Source: an uncultured Gammaproteobacteria bacterium (GTDB lineage: Bacteria > Patescibacteriota > Patescibacteriia > Magasanikbacterales > UBA922). From it: DNA of 64,000 nt. Location of the stretch: NCBI GenBank assembly GCA_964566225.1, contig CAZMHV010000002.1, forward strand, positions 81,934 through 145,933. Direction: 5' to 3'. A program made the position numbers and the translations under genes. Positions 18,793-29,832 of this stretch are shown piece after piece. The first letter of the stretch is position 1, and the number at the start of each line of letters is the position of its first letter. Below the pieces are notes generated by a model. That model had not been told where the DNA came from, made no database searches, and saw nothing but the letters and a program-made list of their open reading frames with translations.

Positions 18793-21624
18793 CTACTTGA
18801 GCAAATCCTTCAAATACCCACCGGTCACACTCTTCTTATTTTTCATCACTTCTTTTGGATTTCCTTGTGCTACCAATTCTCCACCACGAATACCACCCTC
18901 TGGTCCAAGATCAATCACCCAGTCAGCACATTTAATGACATCAAGGTTGTGTTCAATGGTCAACACAGTGTTGCCTTTGTCAACAAGCTGGTTCATCACA
19001 TGCAGCAAACGTTTGATATCTTCAAAGTGCAAACCAGTGGTCGGTTCGTCGAGAATGTATAATGTATTTCCAGTTGAGCGGCGAGAAAGCTCTGTGGCCA
19101 GTTTAATACGTTGCGCTTCACCACCAGAAAGAGTGGTGGCTGCTTGACCCAGTTGCACATATCCAAGACCGACGTCACGAATCACACGAAGTTTATCTGC
19201 AATCGCAGGTACATCATTAAAGAATCGATACGCATCTTCCACCGTGAGTTTCAACACATCAGCAATGGTTTTGCCACGATAGTGAATTTCCAGTGCATCG
19301 CGATTGTAGCGATCTCCACGACATTCTCCACATTCCACAAACACGTCAGGCATAAATTGCATTTGAATCGTGCGGTACCCGTCTCCGGCACAGGCTTCAC
19401 ATCGTCCACCACCCTTTACATTGAAACTAAACATACCGGCATCATAGCCACGCATTTTGGCTTCTGGTACATTGGTGAACAAATCACGAATAGAAGTAAA
19501 TACACCGGTGTACGTCGCAGGGTTGCTACGAGGTGTGCGTCCAATTGGAGTTTGGTCAATAGTAATAACTTTATCAATATTGTTGATACCATTAATTTTT
19601 TTGTGTGCACCAGGTTCTTCTTTGGCGCGATAAAATTGTTTGGCCAAAGCTTTTCCAAGAATATCAATGATCAATGAAGATTTTCCTGAACCAGAAACAC
19701 CGGTGACCGATACAAACATTCCAAGTGGAATTTTCACATCCAAATTTTTTAAGTTGCAGGCCGTTGCACCAATAATTTCGATTGATTTACCATTGCCTTT
19801 ACGATAACTCTTTGGTACATCGATATCGTCTTTGCCTGCGAGGTAGCGTCCAGTAATTGATTTTTGATTTTTAATCAGTTGGGCAGGAGTTCCTTCACCA
19901 ATAATTTCTCCTCCATAAGCACCAGCACCAGGACCTACATCTACTACATAGTCAGCCGCTTCAATAATGGCACGGTCATGTTCTACCACAATTACTGTGT
20001 TGCCAATATCACGCAAATGCTGCATGGTATCAATAAGTTTTACTGTATCCTTGGTATGTAGTCCAATAGAAGGTTCGTCGAGAATATAAATAACGTCAGT
20101 AAGCCCAGTAGAGAGCTGTGTCGAAAGACGAACACGCTGTGCTTCACCACCAGAGAGTGTGGTCATAGAGCGATCAAGCGTTACGTAGGGGAGGCCTGCT
20201 TCAATCAAATATTTGAGACGCAGTCCAATTTCTTTCAAAATAGGTTCAGAAAGTACACGAACATTTTCTGGAAGTTGTTTGTACATGGAACCTTCTTCTT
20301 TTTTGTTTACAAAGAGTGGGAGCACTTCTTCAATAGTGAGTTCCACAATATCAGAAATTGAATATTCTCCGAGACGGATTGAAAGTGACTCTGCACGCAA
20401 ACGTTTTCCTTTACATACAGGACAAAGTGTTTCACGCATGTAGGCTTCAATTTCTTTGCGCACGTAGTCTGAGTCTGTCTCTGTATGTCGTTGTACCAAA
20501 TGCGGTACCACTCCTTCAAAATGAACTTGTTTGCCATCGATGGTATATTTTTGACCATCAGTACCATAGAGAATAATATCCATGGCTGCCTTGTTTAATT
20601 CTTGGACAGGAGTATGCAAAGAAAAATTATGGTGTTTACTTACTTCTTGAAGTACTTTTTGATAATACGCTTGGCTCCCTACAATACGAGTCCATGGTTG
20701 AATAGCACCTTCGGCCAGAGTCAAACGTGGGTTTGGAATCACGAGTTCTGGATCAACATCAAGTGTATACCCAAGACCAGTACATCGTTGACATGCACCA
20801 TAGGGACTGTTGAAACTAAAACTTTTTGGTTCAATACTGGTAAAGATTTTACCTGTTTTAGCAGAGTAGGCAACCGTAGAAACCAATTTTTCGTCTCCTG
20901 TTTCTTCGTCTACCATGAGCACAAATCCATTTGATAAGTCGAGTGTTTTTTCAACAATTTCATCAATATTTTTACTTCCTTTTTTACCATCATAAGTAAC
21001 AATACAAATTTCGTGTGTATCTTTATCGTCAAATAATCTGTCTGGAACATTTTGTAATTTCATGAGTACTCCGTCAATGCGTACGGTGTCATACCCAGAT
21101 TGTTCAATGAGGGTAAAAGCATCTTTCATTTTGACGGCACCCTGAATAGTAAGTGGTGCCAAAACAATGGTTCCTTTTTTCTTTTTAAATTCCTTACGGA
21201 GTTCTTCCATGATCTCACCTGGGGTATATGAACGGATCGCTTGGTTAGTTTCTGGATCAAATTGTGTCCCAAAACGAGAAAAAAGTATACGTAAATAATC
21301 GTATACTTCTGTTGCTGTGCCCACAGTAGAACGTGGGTTGTTGGTTTGGTTTTTTTGTTCAATCGCAATAGTAGGTGAGAGTCCTTTGATATCTTCAACA
21401 TCTGGTCTGTCTTGCACTTCCATAAATTGGCGTGCATAGGCTGACAAACTTTCGGCATATCGTCTTTGGCCTTCGGCATAAATAGTATCAAATGCCAAAG
21501 AAGATTTACCACTTCCCGAAAGACCAGTAATTACGGTGAGTTTATTTTTGGGAATATCGAGTGAAACGTTTTTGAGATTGTGAACTCGTGCGTTCACTAC
21601 AGAGATTTGTTTCATATGCGCCAA
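18793..21624 (-). CDS. uvrA: excinuclease ABC subunit A
   Basis: 943 aa; two ABC ATPase modules ([26 protein letters not shown]); Zn fingers. Confidence 0.95.
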   Translation of the reverse strand: MAHMKQISVVNARVHNLKNVSLDIPKNKLTVITGLSGSGKSSLAFDTIYAEGQRRYAESLSAYARQFMEVQDRPDVEDIKGLSPTIAIEQKNQTNNPRSTVGTATEVYDYLRILFSRFGTQFDPETNQAIRSYTPGEIMEELRKEFKKKKGTIVLAPLTIQGAVKMKDAFTLIEQSGYDTVRIDGVLMKLQNVPDRLFDDKDTHEICIVTYDGKKGSKNIDEIVEKTLDLSNGFVLMVDEETGDEKLVSTVAYSAKTGKIFTSIEPKSFSFNSPYGACQRCTGLGYTLDVDPELVIPNPRLTLAEGAIQPWTRIVGSQAYYQKVLQEVSKHHNFSLHTPVQELNKAAMDIILYGTDGQKYTIDGKQVHFEGVVPHLVQRHTETDSDYVRKEIEAYMRETLCPVCKGKRLRAESLSIRLGEYSISDIVELTIEEVLPLFVNKKEEGSMYKQLPENVRVLSEPILKEIGLRLKYLIEAGLPYVTLDRSMTTLSGGEAQRVRLSTQLSTGLTDVIYILDEPSIGLHTKDTVKLIDTMQHLRDIGNTVIVVEHDRAIIEAADYVVDVGPGAGAYGGEIIGEGTPAQLIKNQKSITGRYLAGKDDIDVPKSYRKGNGKSIEIIGATACNLKNLDVKIPLGMFVSVTGVSGSGKSSLIIDILGKALAKQFYRAKEEPGAHKKINGINNIDKVITIDQTPIGRTPRSNPATYTGVFTSIRDLFTNVPEAKMRGYDAGMFSFNVKGGGRCEACAGDGYRTIQMQFMPDVFVECGECRGDRYNRDALEIHYRGKTIADVLKLTVEDAYRFFNDVPAIADKLRVIRDVGLGYVQLGQAATTLSGGEAQRIKLATELSRRSTGNTLYILDEPTTGLHFEDIKRLLHVMNQLVDKGNTVLTIEHNLDVIKCADWVIDLGPEGGIRGGELVAQGNPKEVMKNKKSVTGGYLKDLLK

Positions 21625-21702
21625 ATGATTGGTTGAAGATGAAGAATAAGAGACCTCAACTTTGGGAAAGAAGTATACCCCACAATCACGAAAAAGTCAA
21701 GG

Positions 21703-21745
21703 AAAAGACAAAGAACCCGTTTGGGGGTTCTTTGTCTTTTGTCGT
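21703..21745. terminator. rho-independent terminator downstream of the Cys-rich protein gene
   Basis: aaaagacaaagaaccc-gtttg-ggggttctttgtctttt. Confidence 0.7.
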
Positions 21746-21750
21746 TTTAA

Positions 21751-23193
21751 CTATTGATACAAATTTTGATAATATTTTATTGACTCAGTACCTTCATCTC
21801 CATTATGTATTTGGCCTACATCAATATCTAGGATAAGACCATTCATAAGTTGTTCTGAAGTAATAAGAAATGAGTCAATTTTTGCCTTTGAAAGATTTTC
21901 TGAAATTGTTTTTTTATCGCCAATATCTACTGCCGTGCCATTTTTATATCCCAAAAAATGAGTTTCTACATTTGCTCTATGTGGAAATACTTCATGTACT
22001 CCTACTTCAAGCATAAATCCTTTGAGTCCACCACTATCTGCACAATTTGATTCTGCCTCAACGATTGCATTTTGAACGTTTGAAAGAGGTATAATATATC
22101 GTTGTTCTTTCTTTTGATTGTTACTTTGGAGTTCACTTTCTCTTGTGCTTGCAATTGTATTATAATAACTTTCGTCTACTTTGTTACAAACTCTGTCAAG
22201 TTCTATCGCTTGTTTTGTGCCCCCATACCCATCGACAATCCAACCTTCTGTTTCAATTACCCAGCCACTTTCCCATGTCCAGGTACCAAGAAGTGAGCCT
22301 ATTCCAGCTAGGTGATCTTGAGGATTACTATTATAAATTTTCCCAGCAATTACTCCAGGTTTACACTCACCTGCTGTTGTATCACATACCTGTCCTTTGC
22401 CATATCCACAAGAAGTTCCGAGACAACTGAGTCCCATTTGATCTTGTACAAAATATGACTTATTGCATTCTGCATCTTTGGATTCTTTGTCAAATACTGC
22501 CTGGCCATATTTTTCGTCACGAACTTTATCAACTACTGGGTTACTATGTGCAACATCTTCTATAAACATGGCAAGTTTTTTTTCTTTTATGGACTCTTTG
22601 GTACAGTATTTTCCAATTTCTTCAATAGTATTGATCATCCAAATAGAGGGGAGTCGAAAATTTACCAAATTTGGGTTTACGAAGTACAAAACACTATAGG
22701 AGAGTATAGCAACCGTGAGTCCCATCAGTGCCCCACTAATTCGTTTTTTGGCTCCTTCAATAATACTTGAATTTCCACCAGAGACAGACCATTGAAAACC
22801 TGCCAAAATAATCATGAGTACAGAAATAATACCTGCCGCCATAATAGAGTAGCGGTACATGTAGCGTATAAAGTCACCCACGTCAGAAAATTTTCTTTTG
22901 CCTCCAAACGAAATTTTGGTTTCTGTTGATCCTACGGGCAAACAAAAGCCAACTTCGACTGGTTTTCCATTGAGATCTGTTTTTGTTTTGCCACAGGCTT
23001 TGAGGGTTTCTCCATTTTGCACAAAACCATCTTCTGGACGTTGATCTTGAAAGTGCATGGTATTTGATCTTTTTTCAATACATTTTGGTTTTTCCCAACA
23101 ACGTTGGTCAAGTGCAAACGTTGGGGTTGGAAAAATAAGCACACCCAAAGTCAAAACAGTTCCGAGGAAAAGAATTTTTTTCATACGATTCAA
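21751..23193 (-). CDS. hypothetical secreted/membrane Cys-rich protein
   Basis: Signal peptide, internal TM segment (MAAGIISVLMIILAGFQW), Cys-rich C-terminal region. Confidence 0.45.
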   Translation of the reverse strand: MNRMKKILFLGTVLTLGVLIFPTPTFALDQRCWEKPKCIEKRSNTMHFQDQRPEDGFVQNGETLKACGKTKTDLNGKPVEVGFCLPVGSTETKISFGGKRKFSDVGDFIRYMYRYSIMAAGIISVLMIILAGFQWSVSGGNSSIIEGAKKRISGALMGLTVAILSYSVLYFVNPNLVNFRLPSIWMINTIEEIGKYCTKESIKEKKLAMFIEDVAHSNPVVDKVRDEKYGQAVFDKESKDAECNKSYFVQDQMGLSCLGTSCGYGKGQVCDTTAGECKPGVIAGKIYNSNPQDHLAGIGSLLGTWTWESGWVIETEGWIVDGYGGTKQAIELDRVCNKVDESYYNTIASTRESELQSNNQKKEQRYIIPLSNVQNAIVEAESNCADSGGLKGFMLEVGVHEVFPHRANVETHFLGYKNGTAVDIGDKKTISENLSKAKIDSFLITSEQLMNGLILDIDVGQIHNGDEGTESIKYYQNLYQ

Positions 23194-23201
23194 ACATCAA
23201 A

Positions 23202-24044
23202 TTATTTTTTGGGGAGTGCATTTACTATGACTCGTTCCCAAAGTTGTGTATCAATGACTCCTTCAAATTTTTTATCTCCAACAACAAATGTTGGTGTTCC
23301 GCGTACGCCAACATCTGCACCATCTTGCATATCTTCTTGGATATCGTTCAAGTATTTTTCATTTTGAATACAGGTTTGAAATTTTTGTGTATCAAGTCCA
23401 AGTATGGCGCCATTGGAGAGCAGTGATTCTGTATCAAGTATTTTTTTGGTAAATAAAATATCATAATAAGGCCAAAATTTTCCTTGTTCTTGGGCACAGG
23501 CTGCAGCATTGGCAGCCCCAAGAGCATTGGGGTGAAGGGATCCAAGAGGAAAGTGCTTGAAAATTACTTGAATAACATCCCCATATTGTTCCTGCATTTG
23601 TTTAAAAATAGGGTAGGACTGTTGACTGTAAGGGCACTCAAAGTCAATAAATGCAATAATTTTAACCGGTGCATCTGTTCGTCCCAAAGTTGGATTATGT
23701 TTACGGATAAGTTTTTGAGCTTCAATTTTACTTGATGCCCCACGTCTTTTGAGAGCTTGTTCTGGGGAAAGGGTAAAGGAAGGGTTCACTTTTTCACTTA
23801 GGGCTTGTTTTTGGGATTCTGTGCCATAGCGTATGGTCCATACTGCGCTTATAAGCTTTACAACAAACAAAAGTACAAAAAGAATCACTAAAATAAGCAA
23901 AATAATGACAAAAGATTTTTTGCCACGAGATCCTTGCGGAGTGTGCAATATAAAGTCGTCAGGCATTTGAGGTGGGTTTGGTCTGTTTTGGTTATTCTGG
24001 CCTTTAGTATAGCATATTTTTATAAATTCGTGAAAGCTTGACAT
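23202..24044 (-). CDS. DsbA-family thioredoxin-fold protein, membrane-anchored (active site reads CPYS)
   Basis: N-terminal TM; DsbA-like fold with FIDFECPYSQQ motif and a cis-Pro region (RGTPTFVV). Confidence 0.6.
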   Translation of the reverse strand: MSSFHEFIKICYTKGQNNQNRPNPPQMPDDFILHTPQGSRGKKSFVIILLILVILFVLLFVVKLISAVWTIRYGTESQKQALSEKVNPSFTLSPEQALKRRGASSKIEAQKLIRKHNPTLGRTDAPVKIIAFIDFECPYSQQSYPIFKQMQEQYGDVIQVIFKHFPLGSLHPNALGAANAAACAQEQGKFWPYYDILFTKKILDTESLLSNGAILGLDTQKFQTCIQNEKYLNDIQEDMQDGADVGVRGTPTFVVGDKKFEGVIDTQLWERVIVNALPKK

Positions 24045-24156
24045 TTTTCTGTTTCTATATTATAATTTCGCCATTATTTATCCCTCATTTTTCACATCTA
24101 TTCCTCTGCCTGACCACTCGGGCGGCCGTGAAAAAGAGGTAAAAGGAATAAAATAT

Positions 24157-24870
24157 ATGAATATACCAAGTCTCGAAGAGATGCTCAAGGCTGGTGCCCA
24201 CTTTGGACACAAAAAGTCACGTTGGCATCCAAAAATGGAACAATACATTTTTGGTGACCGCCATGGCATTCACATCCTCAATTTGGAGGAAACCCAAAAA
24301 CAACTTGAAACCGTACTCGGACAAGTAAAACAAATGGCAAAAGAAGGCAAAACTATTTTGTTTGTGTCTACCAAGCCTCAAGCTCGTGAAATCGTGAAAG
24401 CAGCCGCACTTGATTGTGATGCGCCATATCTCACTGATCGTTGGCTCGGCGGAATGCTTACCAACTTTACTGAAATGAAACGCCTGATCAAAAAGTATCT
24501 TCGTCTCAAAGAAGAACAAGCAACTGGCGAACTTGAAAAATATACCAAAAAAGAACGTTTGGAAATTGGTAAAGAAATTGAAAAAATGGATGGTTATCTT
24601 GGCGGTCTCGGCTCACTTGAAAAAATGCCAGACGCACTCTTTTTGCCTTCTGTTCAACAAGAAAAAACAGCCATGAAAGAAGCTCGTGCTATGGAAGTAC
24701 CAGTGATTGGTGTTTGTGATAGTAATGCCAACCCACGTTTTGTAGAATACGTTATTCCTGCAAACGACGATGCTGTAAAATCAATTACGCTCATTGTAAA
24801 CCTCATGTCTGCTGCTATTAAAGAAGGTAAAGCAGAACGTGAAAAAGAAGCAAAAGAAGCTGGAAAATAA
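24157..24870 (+). CDS. rpsB: 30S ribosomal protein S2
   Basis: MLKAGAHFGHKKSRWHPKM. Confidence 0.95.
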   Translation: MNIPSLEEMLKAGAHFGHKKSRWHPKMEQYIFGDRHGIHILNLEETQKQLETVLGQVKQMAKEGKTILFVSTKPQAREIVKAAALDCDAPYLTDRWLGGMLTNFTEMKRLIKKYLRLKEEQATGELEKYTKKERLEIGKEIEKMDGYLGGLGSLEKMPDALFLPSVQQEKTAMKEARAMEVPVIGVCDSNANPRFVEYVIPANDDAVKSITLIVNLMSAAIKEGKAEREKEAKEAGK

Positions 24871-24882
24871 AATTTTTGAAAA

Positions 24883-24962
24883 GCGAGAAGTGAAATGCAT
24901 GCATGTGGTTGAATCGATTGTATTTTCGTTCTCACTTCTGCATAAAAACTTCTCGTTTTTTT
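24883..24962 (+). terminator. putative rpsB-tsf intergenic stem-loop / terminator
   Basis: gcgagaagt…acttctcgttttttt long-range stem followed by a T-run. Confidence 0.35.
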
Positions 24963-24998
24963 ATTCAATCTTTTAACTTACCACTAATTTTAAATTGT

Positions 24999-25649
24999 AT
25001 GGCAATTACTGCTCAAGATATTGCAAAACTTCGCGCTCAAACTGGCTGTGGCATGATGGACTGTAAAAAGGCACTTGAAGAAGCCAATGGAAATATGGAT
25101 GCTGCGGTGGATTTGCTCCGTACCAAAGGAATGATGAAAGCTGCTAAACGCGCAGACAAAGTAGCCGCCGAAGGAACGGTAATCAGTTATATTCATGGTG
25201 GTGGAAAAGTTGGTGTACTCGTAGAAGTAAACTGTGAAACTGACTTTGTGGCCAAGACTGATGGATTCAAAGCACTTGCTACCGATATTGCACTCCACAT
25301 TGCTGGAATCGCTCCAAAGTATGTATCACGTGACGAAGTTCCTGCAGACATGGTAGAACACGAAAAAGGAATTTACCGTGAACAACTCATGGCCGAAGGA
25401 AAACCTGCAGAAATTGTAGAAAAAATTCTCACTGGAAAAATCGACAAATATTTTAGTGAAATTTGTTTGCTCGAACAACCATTTATCAAGGACGAAGAAA
25501 AAACTATCCAACAACTTCTTACTGAAAAGACTGCAGAAACTGGAGAAAAAATGTCTGTTCGACGTTTTGTCCGTTTTGCACTCGGTGAAGGAATTGAAAA
25601 GAAAGAAGTTGACTTTGTGGCTGAGGTGAATGCACAAGCGGGGATGTAA
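24999..25649 (+). CDS. tsf: elongation factor Ts
   Basis: MAITAQDIAKLRAQTGCGMMDCKKALEEANGNMDAAVDLLR UBA-like N-terminus. The track ORF start at 24903 is probably an upstream extension. Confidence 0.9.
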   Translation: MAITAQDIAKLRAQTGCGMMDCKKALEEANGNMDAAVDLLRTKGMMKAAKRADKVAAEGTVISYIHGGGKVGVLVEVNCETDFVAKTDGFKALATDIALHIAGIAPKYVSRDEVPADMVEHEKGIYREQLMAEGKPAEIVEKILTGKIDKYFSEICLLEQPFIKDEEKTIQQLLTEKTAETGEKMSVRRFVRFALGEGIEKKEVDFVAEVNAQAGM

Positions 25650-25663
25650 TTTTGTATAAAAAG

Positions 25664-25694
25664 AAAGAGACCTTTGAAAAGGGTCTCTTTTTTG
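25664..25694 (+). terminator. rho-independent terminator
   Basis: aaagagacc-tttgaaaa-gggtctcttttttg. Confidence 0.8.
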
Positions 25695-25722
25695 CTATAC
25701 TCTTTCTAGAAATAATATTTTT

Positions 25723-26010
25723 ATGAATCGAATTGCCTTTTCTCTGCTTTTTATTCTTGGGATTTCTCTCCCAAATTTTGTGTTTGCAACAGCGGGTCCA
25801 ATGTGGCCGCTGCCTCTTCAGTTTTTGGTGTTGATGGTTTCATTTTCACTCCTTTTTTTACCATTTGCTGGGATTTGCTTTTTTCTTGCATATTTTTTTG
25901 AAAAAAAGAAAAAATCAAAAAATGTAAAGATGATGTTTTTCCTGTTAGGAGTATTTTTTTCTATTCTCACAATTTTTTTTACTATAAAGAATACATTTTT
26001 TTATAAATAA
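25723..26010 (+). CDS. hypothetical small membrane protein
   Basis: Signal/TM-rich 95-aa ORF. Confidence 0.35.
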   Translation: MNRIAFSLLFILGISLPNFVFATAGPMWPLPLQFLVLMVSFSLLFLPFAGICFFLAYFFEKKKKSKNVKMMFFLLGVFFSILTIFFTIKNTFFYK

Positions 26011-26020
26011 TTCATTCTGT

Positions 26021-27025
26021 ATGCCCGCAAAAATTAAAGTTGCCATTAACGGTTTTGGTCGCATTGGACGCCATGCGTTTAAAGTCATGTCAAAAAAGAA
26101 AAATATGGAAGTGGTCGCGGTCAATGATTTGACGGATACCCGAACTTTGGCACATCTTTTAAAATACGATACTGCCTACCCAGACTTTGAAGCAAAAGTT
26201 TCTTTTGATGAAAAAAATATTATTGTCGCTGGGAAAAAGATTGTGGTGTGCGCAGAAAAAGATCCAGCCATGCTGCCTTGGAAAAAACTTGATATTGATG
26301 TCGTGATTGAATCAACCGGAAGATTTACTGATGCCGAAGCTGCCAAAGCGCATATTAAAGCTGGTGCCAAAAAAGTAGTTATTTCTGCTCCAGGAAAAGG
26401 GGATTTAAAAACATTTGTGCGTGGAGTGAATGACAGTGAGTATAAAGGTGAACAGGTGATTGACAATGCTTCTTGCACGACAAACTGTGCGGCGCCAATG
26501 ATGTTGGTACTTGAAAAAGAATTTGGTATTGAAAAAGCTATGCTTACCACCGTGCATTCATATACTGCATCACAAGTGTTGCAAGATGGCCCTTCCAAGG
26601 ATTTGCGTGAGGCGCGAGCAGCCGCTGCAAATATGGTGCCAACCAAAACGGGTGCGGCTGTTGCGGTTACAAGAACTATTCCACAGCTTGCTGGAAAGTT
26701 TGATGGGCTCTCGGTGCGTGTGCCAACCATTACGGTTTCACTTACTGACCTTACGGTACTTGTGAAAAAGACAGTGACAGTTGAGCAGCTCAATAAAGCA
26801 TATATCAAAGCATCAAAAACGTATTTGAAAGATATTTTGGGAGTTTCTGCCGAGCCATTGGTTTCGAGTGATTACATTGGAAATAAAAATTCTGTGACGA
26901 TTGATCTCGAGCTCACACGTGTTGTTGATGGAAATTTAGTGAAAGTGGTTGGCTGGTATGACAACGAATGGGGATATGCAAATCGTTTGGTGGAGATGGT
27001 TGAGGTGGTTACGAAAAAGAAATAA
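26021..27025 (+). CDS. gap: glyceraldehyde-3-phosphate dehydrogenase
   Basis: INGFGRIGR NAD motif; SCTTNC active site. Confidence 0.95.
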   Translation: MPAKIKVAINGFGRIGRHAFKVMSKKKNMEVVAVNDLTDTRTLAHLLKYDTAYPDFEAKVSFDEKNIIVAGKKIVVCAEKDPAMLPWKKLDIDVVIESTGRFTDAEAAKAHIKAGAKKVVISAPGKGDLKTFVRGVNDSEYKGEQVIDNASCTTNCAAPMMLVLEKEFGIEKAMLTTVHSYTASQVLQDGPSKDLREARAAAANMVPTKTGAAVAVTRTIPQLAGKFDGLSVRVPTITVSLTDLTVLVKKTVTVEQLNKAYIKASKTYLKDILGVSAEPLVSSDYIGNKNSVTIDLELTRVVDGNLVKVVGWYDNEWGYANRLVEMVEVVTKKK

Positions 27026-27056
27026 AAAAATCAGAGAGTCTTGTGACTCTCTGAAC
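27021..27056. terminator. hairpin terminator between convergent gap and the small minus-strand gene
   Basis: cagagagtc-ttgt-gactctctg; the T-run follows on the minus-strand reading, an A-run precedes on plus. Confidence 0.6.
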
Positions 27057-27074
27057 AAAAGATTGAGGACGGCA

Positions 27075-27395
27075 CTACACTATGATCCCCAAATCATCGT
27101 GTGGTGCCTGTACCTTGATGGGCACGGGGTGAGCGTGAATGATGAAGCCGCCAATGGCGGCAACGAGTGCTGTGATAGCGAGGAACGCCAAGAACGACTT
27201 GATTGCTCGCGGCCATGGCATCTCTGTGGCCATGAGTGTCAGAGCAAAGGTGATCAGTCCTGATGGTGGAGACTCATAGCTATTGGTATAGACGTTCATG
27301 GTCAGAATGACCACATATCCTGACGTCAGAGCCAGGACCGCCGCAACCAAGATGCCGGTCACAAAATCATTTTTCATCAAAATGGTTCCCTTCAA
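27075..27395 (-). CDS. small hydrophobic membrane protein, atypical high-GC3 codon usage
   Basis: Three predicted TM helices. Codons are mostly C/G-ending (acc, ggc, atc, gtc, ctg), unlike the neighbours. Likely start at the second Met (27377). Confidence 0.45.
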   Translation of the reverse strand: MKGTILMKNDFVTGILVAAVLALTSGYVVILTMNVYTNSYESPPSGLITFALTLMATEMPWPRAIKSFLAFLAITALVAAIGGFIIHAHPVPIKVQAPHDDLGIIV

Positions 27396-27463
27396 AGTTG
27401 GTCACTATTAACTCATATAATACTAAAAAAGTCAATGGCATATTCTCTTTTTTTCATCTTTTT

Positions 27464-28657
27464 ATGGTAATTTCTTCTTTGAAACAATTAAAAAATATAA
27501 AAGGAAAAAGAGTACTGGTCCGCGTAGATTTTAACGTTCCACTCAAAAATAAAAAAATTACTGATAATTCTCGCATCAAATCAAGTGGTCTGACTTTAAA
27601 CTACCTTCGAAAAATGGGTGCCAAAGTTATTGTCGTCACTCATTTGGGGAGGCCTGAGGGAAAGGTTGTTCCAGAGTTTTCTCTCAAACCTCTTGTCAAA
27701 GAGCTCTCAAAAATTTTGACTGGTATGAAAGAAAAACCAATCAAAATCAAACTCGTTGAATTGAATACAAAAACATCTGGAGTTGTTGAAAAAATGAAAG
27801 CAGGAGATATGGTCATGCTCGAAAATATTCGCTTTCATCAGGGTGAAGAAAAAAATGATCCTGCCTTTGCCAAAGAGCTTGCCTCACTGGCTGACCTATT
27901 TGTGCTTGATGGCTTTGCTGTAGCACATCGCAGTGCTGCCTCTGTCTCTGGTGTTGCCCGCTACCTTCCTGCATATGCCGGATTTTTGCTCTCACAAGAA
28001 ATTAATCAGCTTGACAAACTTCTTGATAAACCCAAAAAACCTTTTGTGGCTATTATTGGTGGAGCCAAAATTGAAACCAAACTTCCTGTGGTAAAAAATA
28101 TTTTAAAAAAGGCAAGTACGGTTCTTTTGGGAGGTGCCATTGTCAATACCTATTGGCAAACCAAAGGATATGGTGTTGGAAGTTCTCTTGTTGACCAAGG
28201 GGTTGAAAAAAAATCATTGACTGCACTCACCCAAAAACAAGTTATTCTTCCGCTTGACGTTATTGTTGGAGACATTCTTGGAAAAAAAATTCGTGTTGTC
28301 GATATACAAAAAAAGCCCCACGCCATTTGTTCTGCCGGAGAAGCAATTTTGGATATTGGACCTGCAACGGTTGAATTGTTTACCAAATATATTACAAAGG
28401 CCAAGACGGTTGTGTGGAACGGTGCTATGGGATACTTTGAAGTGTCTGCTTTTGCTACAGGAACTTTTGAAGTGGCACGAGCGGTGGCGGGTCAAAGACG
28501 TCTGTTTACTCTCGTTGGTGGGGGTGAAACACTGCTTGTCATGGATACACTCAAACAACCCTCTCAAAATTATATTACTTCTACTGGTGGGGGAGCTATG
28601 CTCGAATATTTGTCTGGAGTCAAACTTCCTGGTGTTGTTGTGTGTCAAAAAAAATAA
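27464..28657 (+). CDS. pgk: phosphoglycerate kinase
   Basis: GKRVLVRVDFNVP N-terminus. The track ORF start at 27398 is likely an extension. Confidence 0.95.
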   Translation: MVISSLKQLKNIKGKRVLVRVDFNVPLKNKKITDNSRIKSSGLTLNYLRKMGAKVIVVTHLGRPEGKVVPEFSLKPLVKELSKILTGMKEKPIKIKLVELNTKTSGVVEKMKAGDMVMLENIRFHQGEEKNDPAFAKELASLADLFVLDGFAVAHRSAASVSGVARYLPAYAGFLLSQEINQLDKLLDKPKKPFVAIIGGAKIETKLPVVKNILKKASTVLLGGAIVNTYWQTKGYGVGSSLVDQGVEKKSLTALTQKQVILPLDVIVGDILGKKIRVVDIQKKPHAICSAGEAILDIGPATVELFTKYITKAKTVVWNGAMGYFEVSAFATGTFEVARAVAGQRRLFTLVGGGETLLVMDTLKQPSQNYITSTGGGAMLEYLSGVKLPGVVVCQKK

Positions 28658-28686
28658 AAAGTGTTATACTACACTTATGTCATGAC

Positions 28687-29826
28687 ATGCACGAGTGTAT
28701 GAATTTATTGTCTTCAGTGGAACACGCTGTACCGACTGGTACCAAAATGTACAACTCACAAACTCTTCTTGTAGGTGTTCCGACGGTTTTTCCCCAACCA
28801 GAGCACGAGTATCGCATCCACGATGCTCATTTTTTTGTTTATAAAGTAAAGGATTCGAGCCAAAATTTTTTTCCTGATACCAATCTGCAAACTATTGTAA
28901 AAGAATCTCGTAAATCATACCTCCGTTATGGGGACATACCACTTCTTGATCAGTATGATTTGAAATCTTCTCTCTATCTTACACGTGTTGTGTACCCACA
29001 GAATATTGAGGGAATATCTGTTTTGGTCGAAGAATGGGTTTCCGTTCGATTTGTCCCAACCAGTGGTACTCCAAACAGTACAGAAGATCTGGATGCCTGT
29101 ATCTATCGTGGAAAGCCTCTGTCGACAACGGTAACAGAGCTCAGCACCAGTATATCTATTTCACGTATTTGTCGAGTTCCTCCCAAAGTAGCTCTGGGAC
29201 AGGATCACTTTTCAGGTATATTTTTGCCACATAAAAATAAATATACCTCGCTTGCTTTTGTTTTCATGAATCATCAGTTTTTGCAAGAAAAAAAAGACCA
29301 CGATACGTATCAACTCTGGTTTACGGCTCTTGCGAAGCCTGAACTCTTTAGTAAAGTACTCTGTTTATCAGATGAACAAAAGTCGTTTGATTTTCCATTT
29401 ACTCCTGTACTCCAAAAATTAATTTCGTCTCACCTAAATCAATTTCGTATACAACGAACAGTTTTGTCATATCGTCATCCAGGTTATTTTTTAGATTTAT
29501 ATACATTACTTCGTTTGTTGAGAAAACTTATTGATTTTGGACGTTTGAGTGAAAAAACTTGGCAAAAATATTTCGATACGTCACTTGGCATTGCTGAATT
29601 TCAAGAAAATTTTGATCACTACTCATATCAGGATATGTTGCCTCACTTTTTAGGTTTGGCAGAGTTACTTCTCTCACCAGGTTGGATTGAAAACAGTCGT
29701 ATGCATGGTACTGAGTTACGAAGTCTTGTGGATATTTGTGTCCCTGACGCTGTAGAGTTATCAGTGTGTCCTTACGACAAATGGAAGGATCATATTCAAA
29801 ATATTGTAAATTATTATACAGAGTAA
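28687..29826 (+). CDS. hypothetical protein (first gene of the E1-like cassette)
   Basis: 379 codons from the first in-frame ATG after pgk; no recognisable motif. Confidence 0.4.
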   Translation: MHECMNLLSSVEHAVPTGTKMYNSQTLLVGVPTVFPQPEHEYRIHDAHFFVYKVKDSSQNFFPDTNLQTIVKESRKSYLRYGDIPLLDQYDLKSSLYLTRVVYPQNIEGISVLVEEWVSVRFVPTSGTPNSTEDLDACIYRGKPLSTTVTELSTSISISRICRVPPKVALGQDHFSGIFLPHKNKYTSLAFVFMNHQFLQEKKDHDTYQLWFTALAKPELFSKVLCLSDEQKSFDFPFTPVLQKLISSHLNQFRIQRTVLSYRHPGYFLDLYTLLRLLRKLIDFGRLSEKTWQKYFDTSLGIAEFQENFDHYSYQDMLPHFLGLAELLLSPGWIENSRMHGTELRSLVDICVPDAVELSVCPYDKWKDHIQNIVNYYTE

Positions 29827-29832
29827 AAACAT

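Noticed and set aside
19111-19677. 188-aa plus-strand ORF
   Set aside because: Antisense inside uvrA.
26176-26808. 210-aa minus-strand ORF
   Set aside because: Lies entirely antisense within gap; Ser/Thr-rich low-complexity translation.
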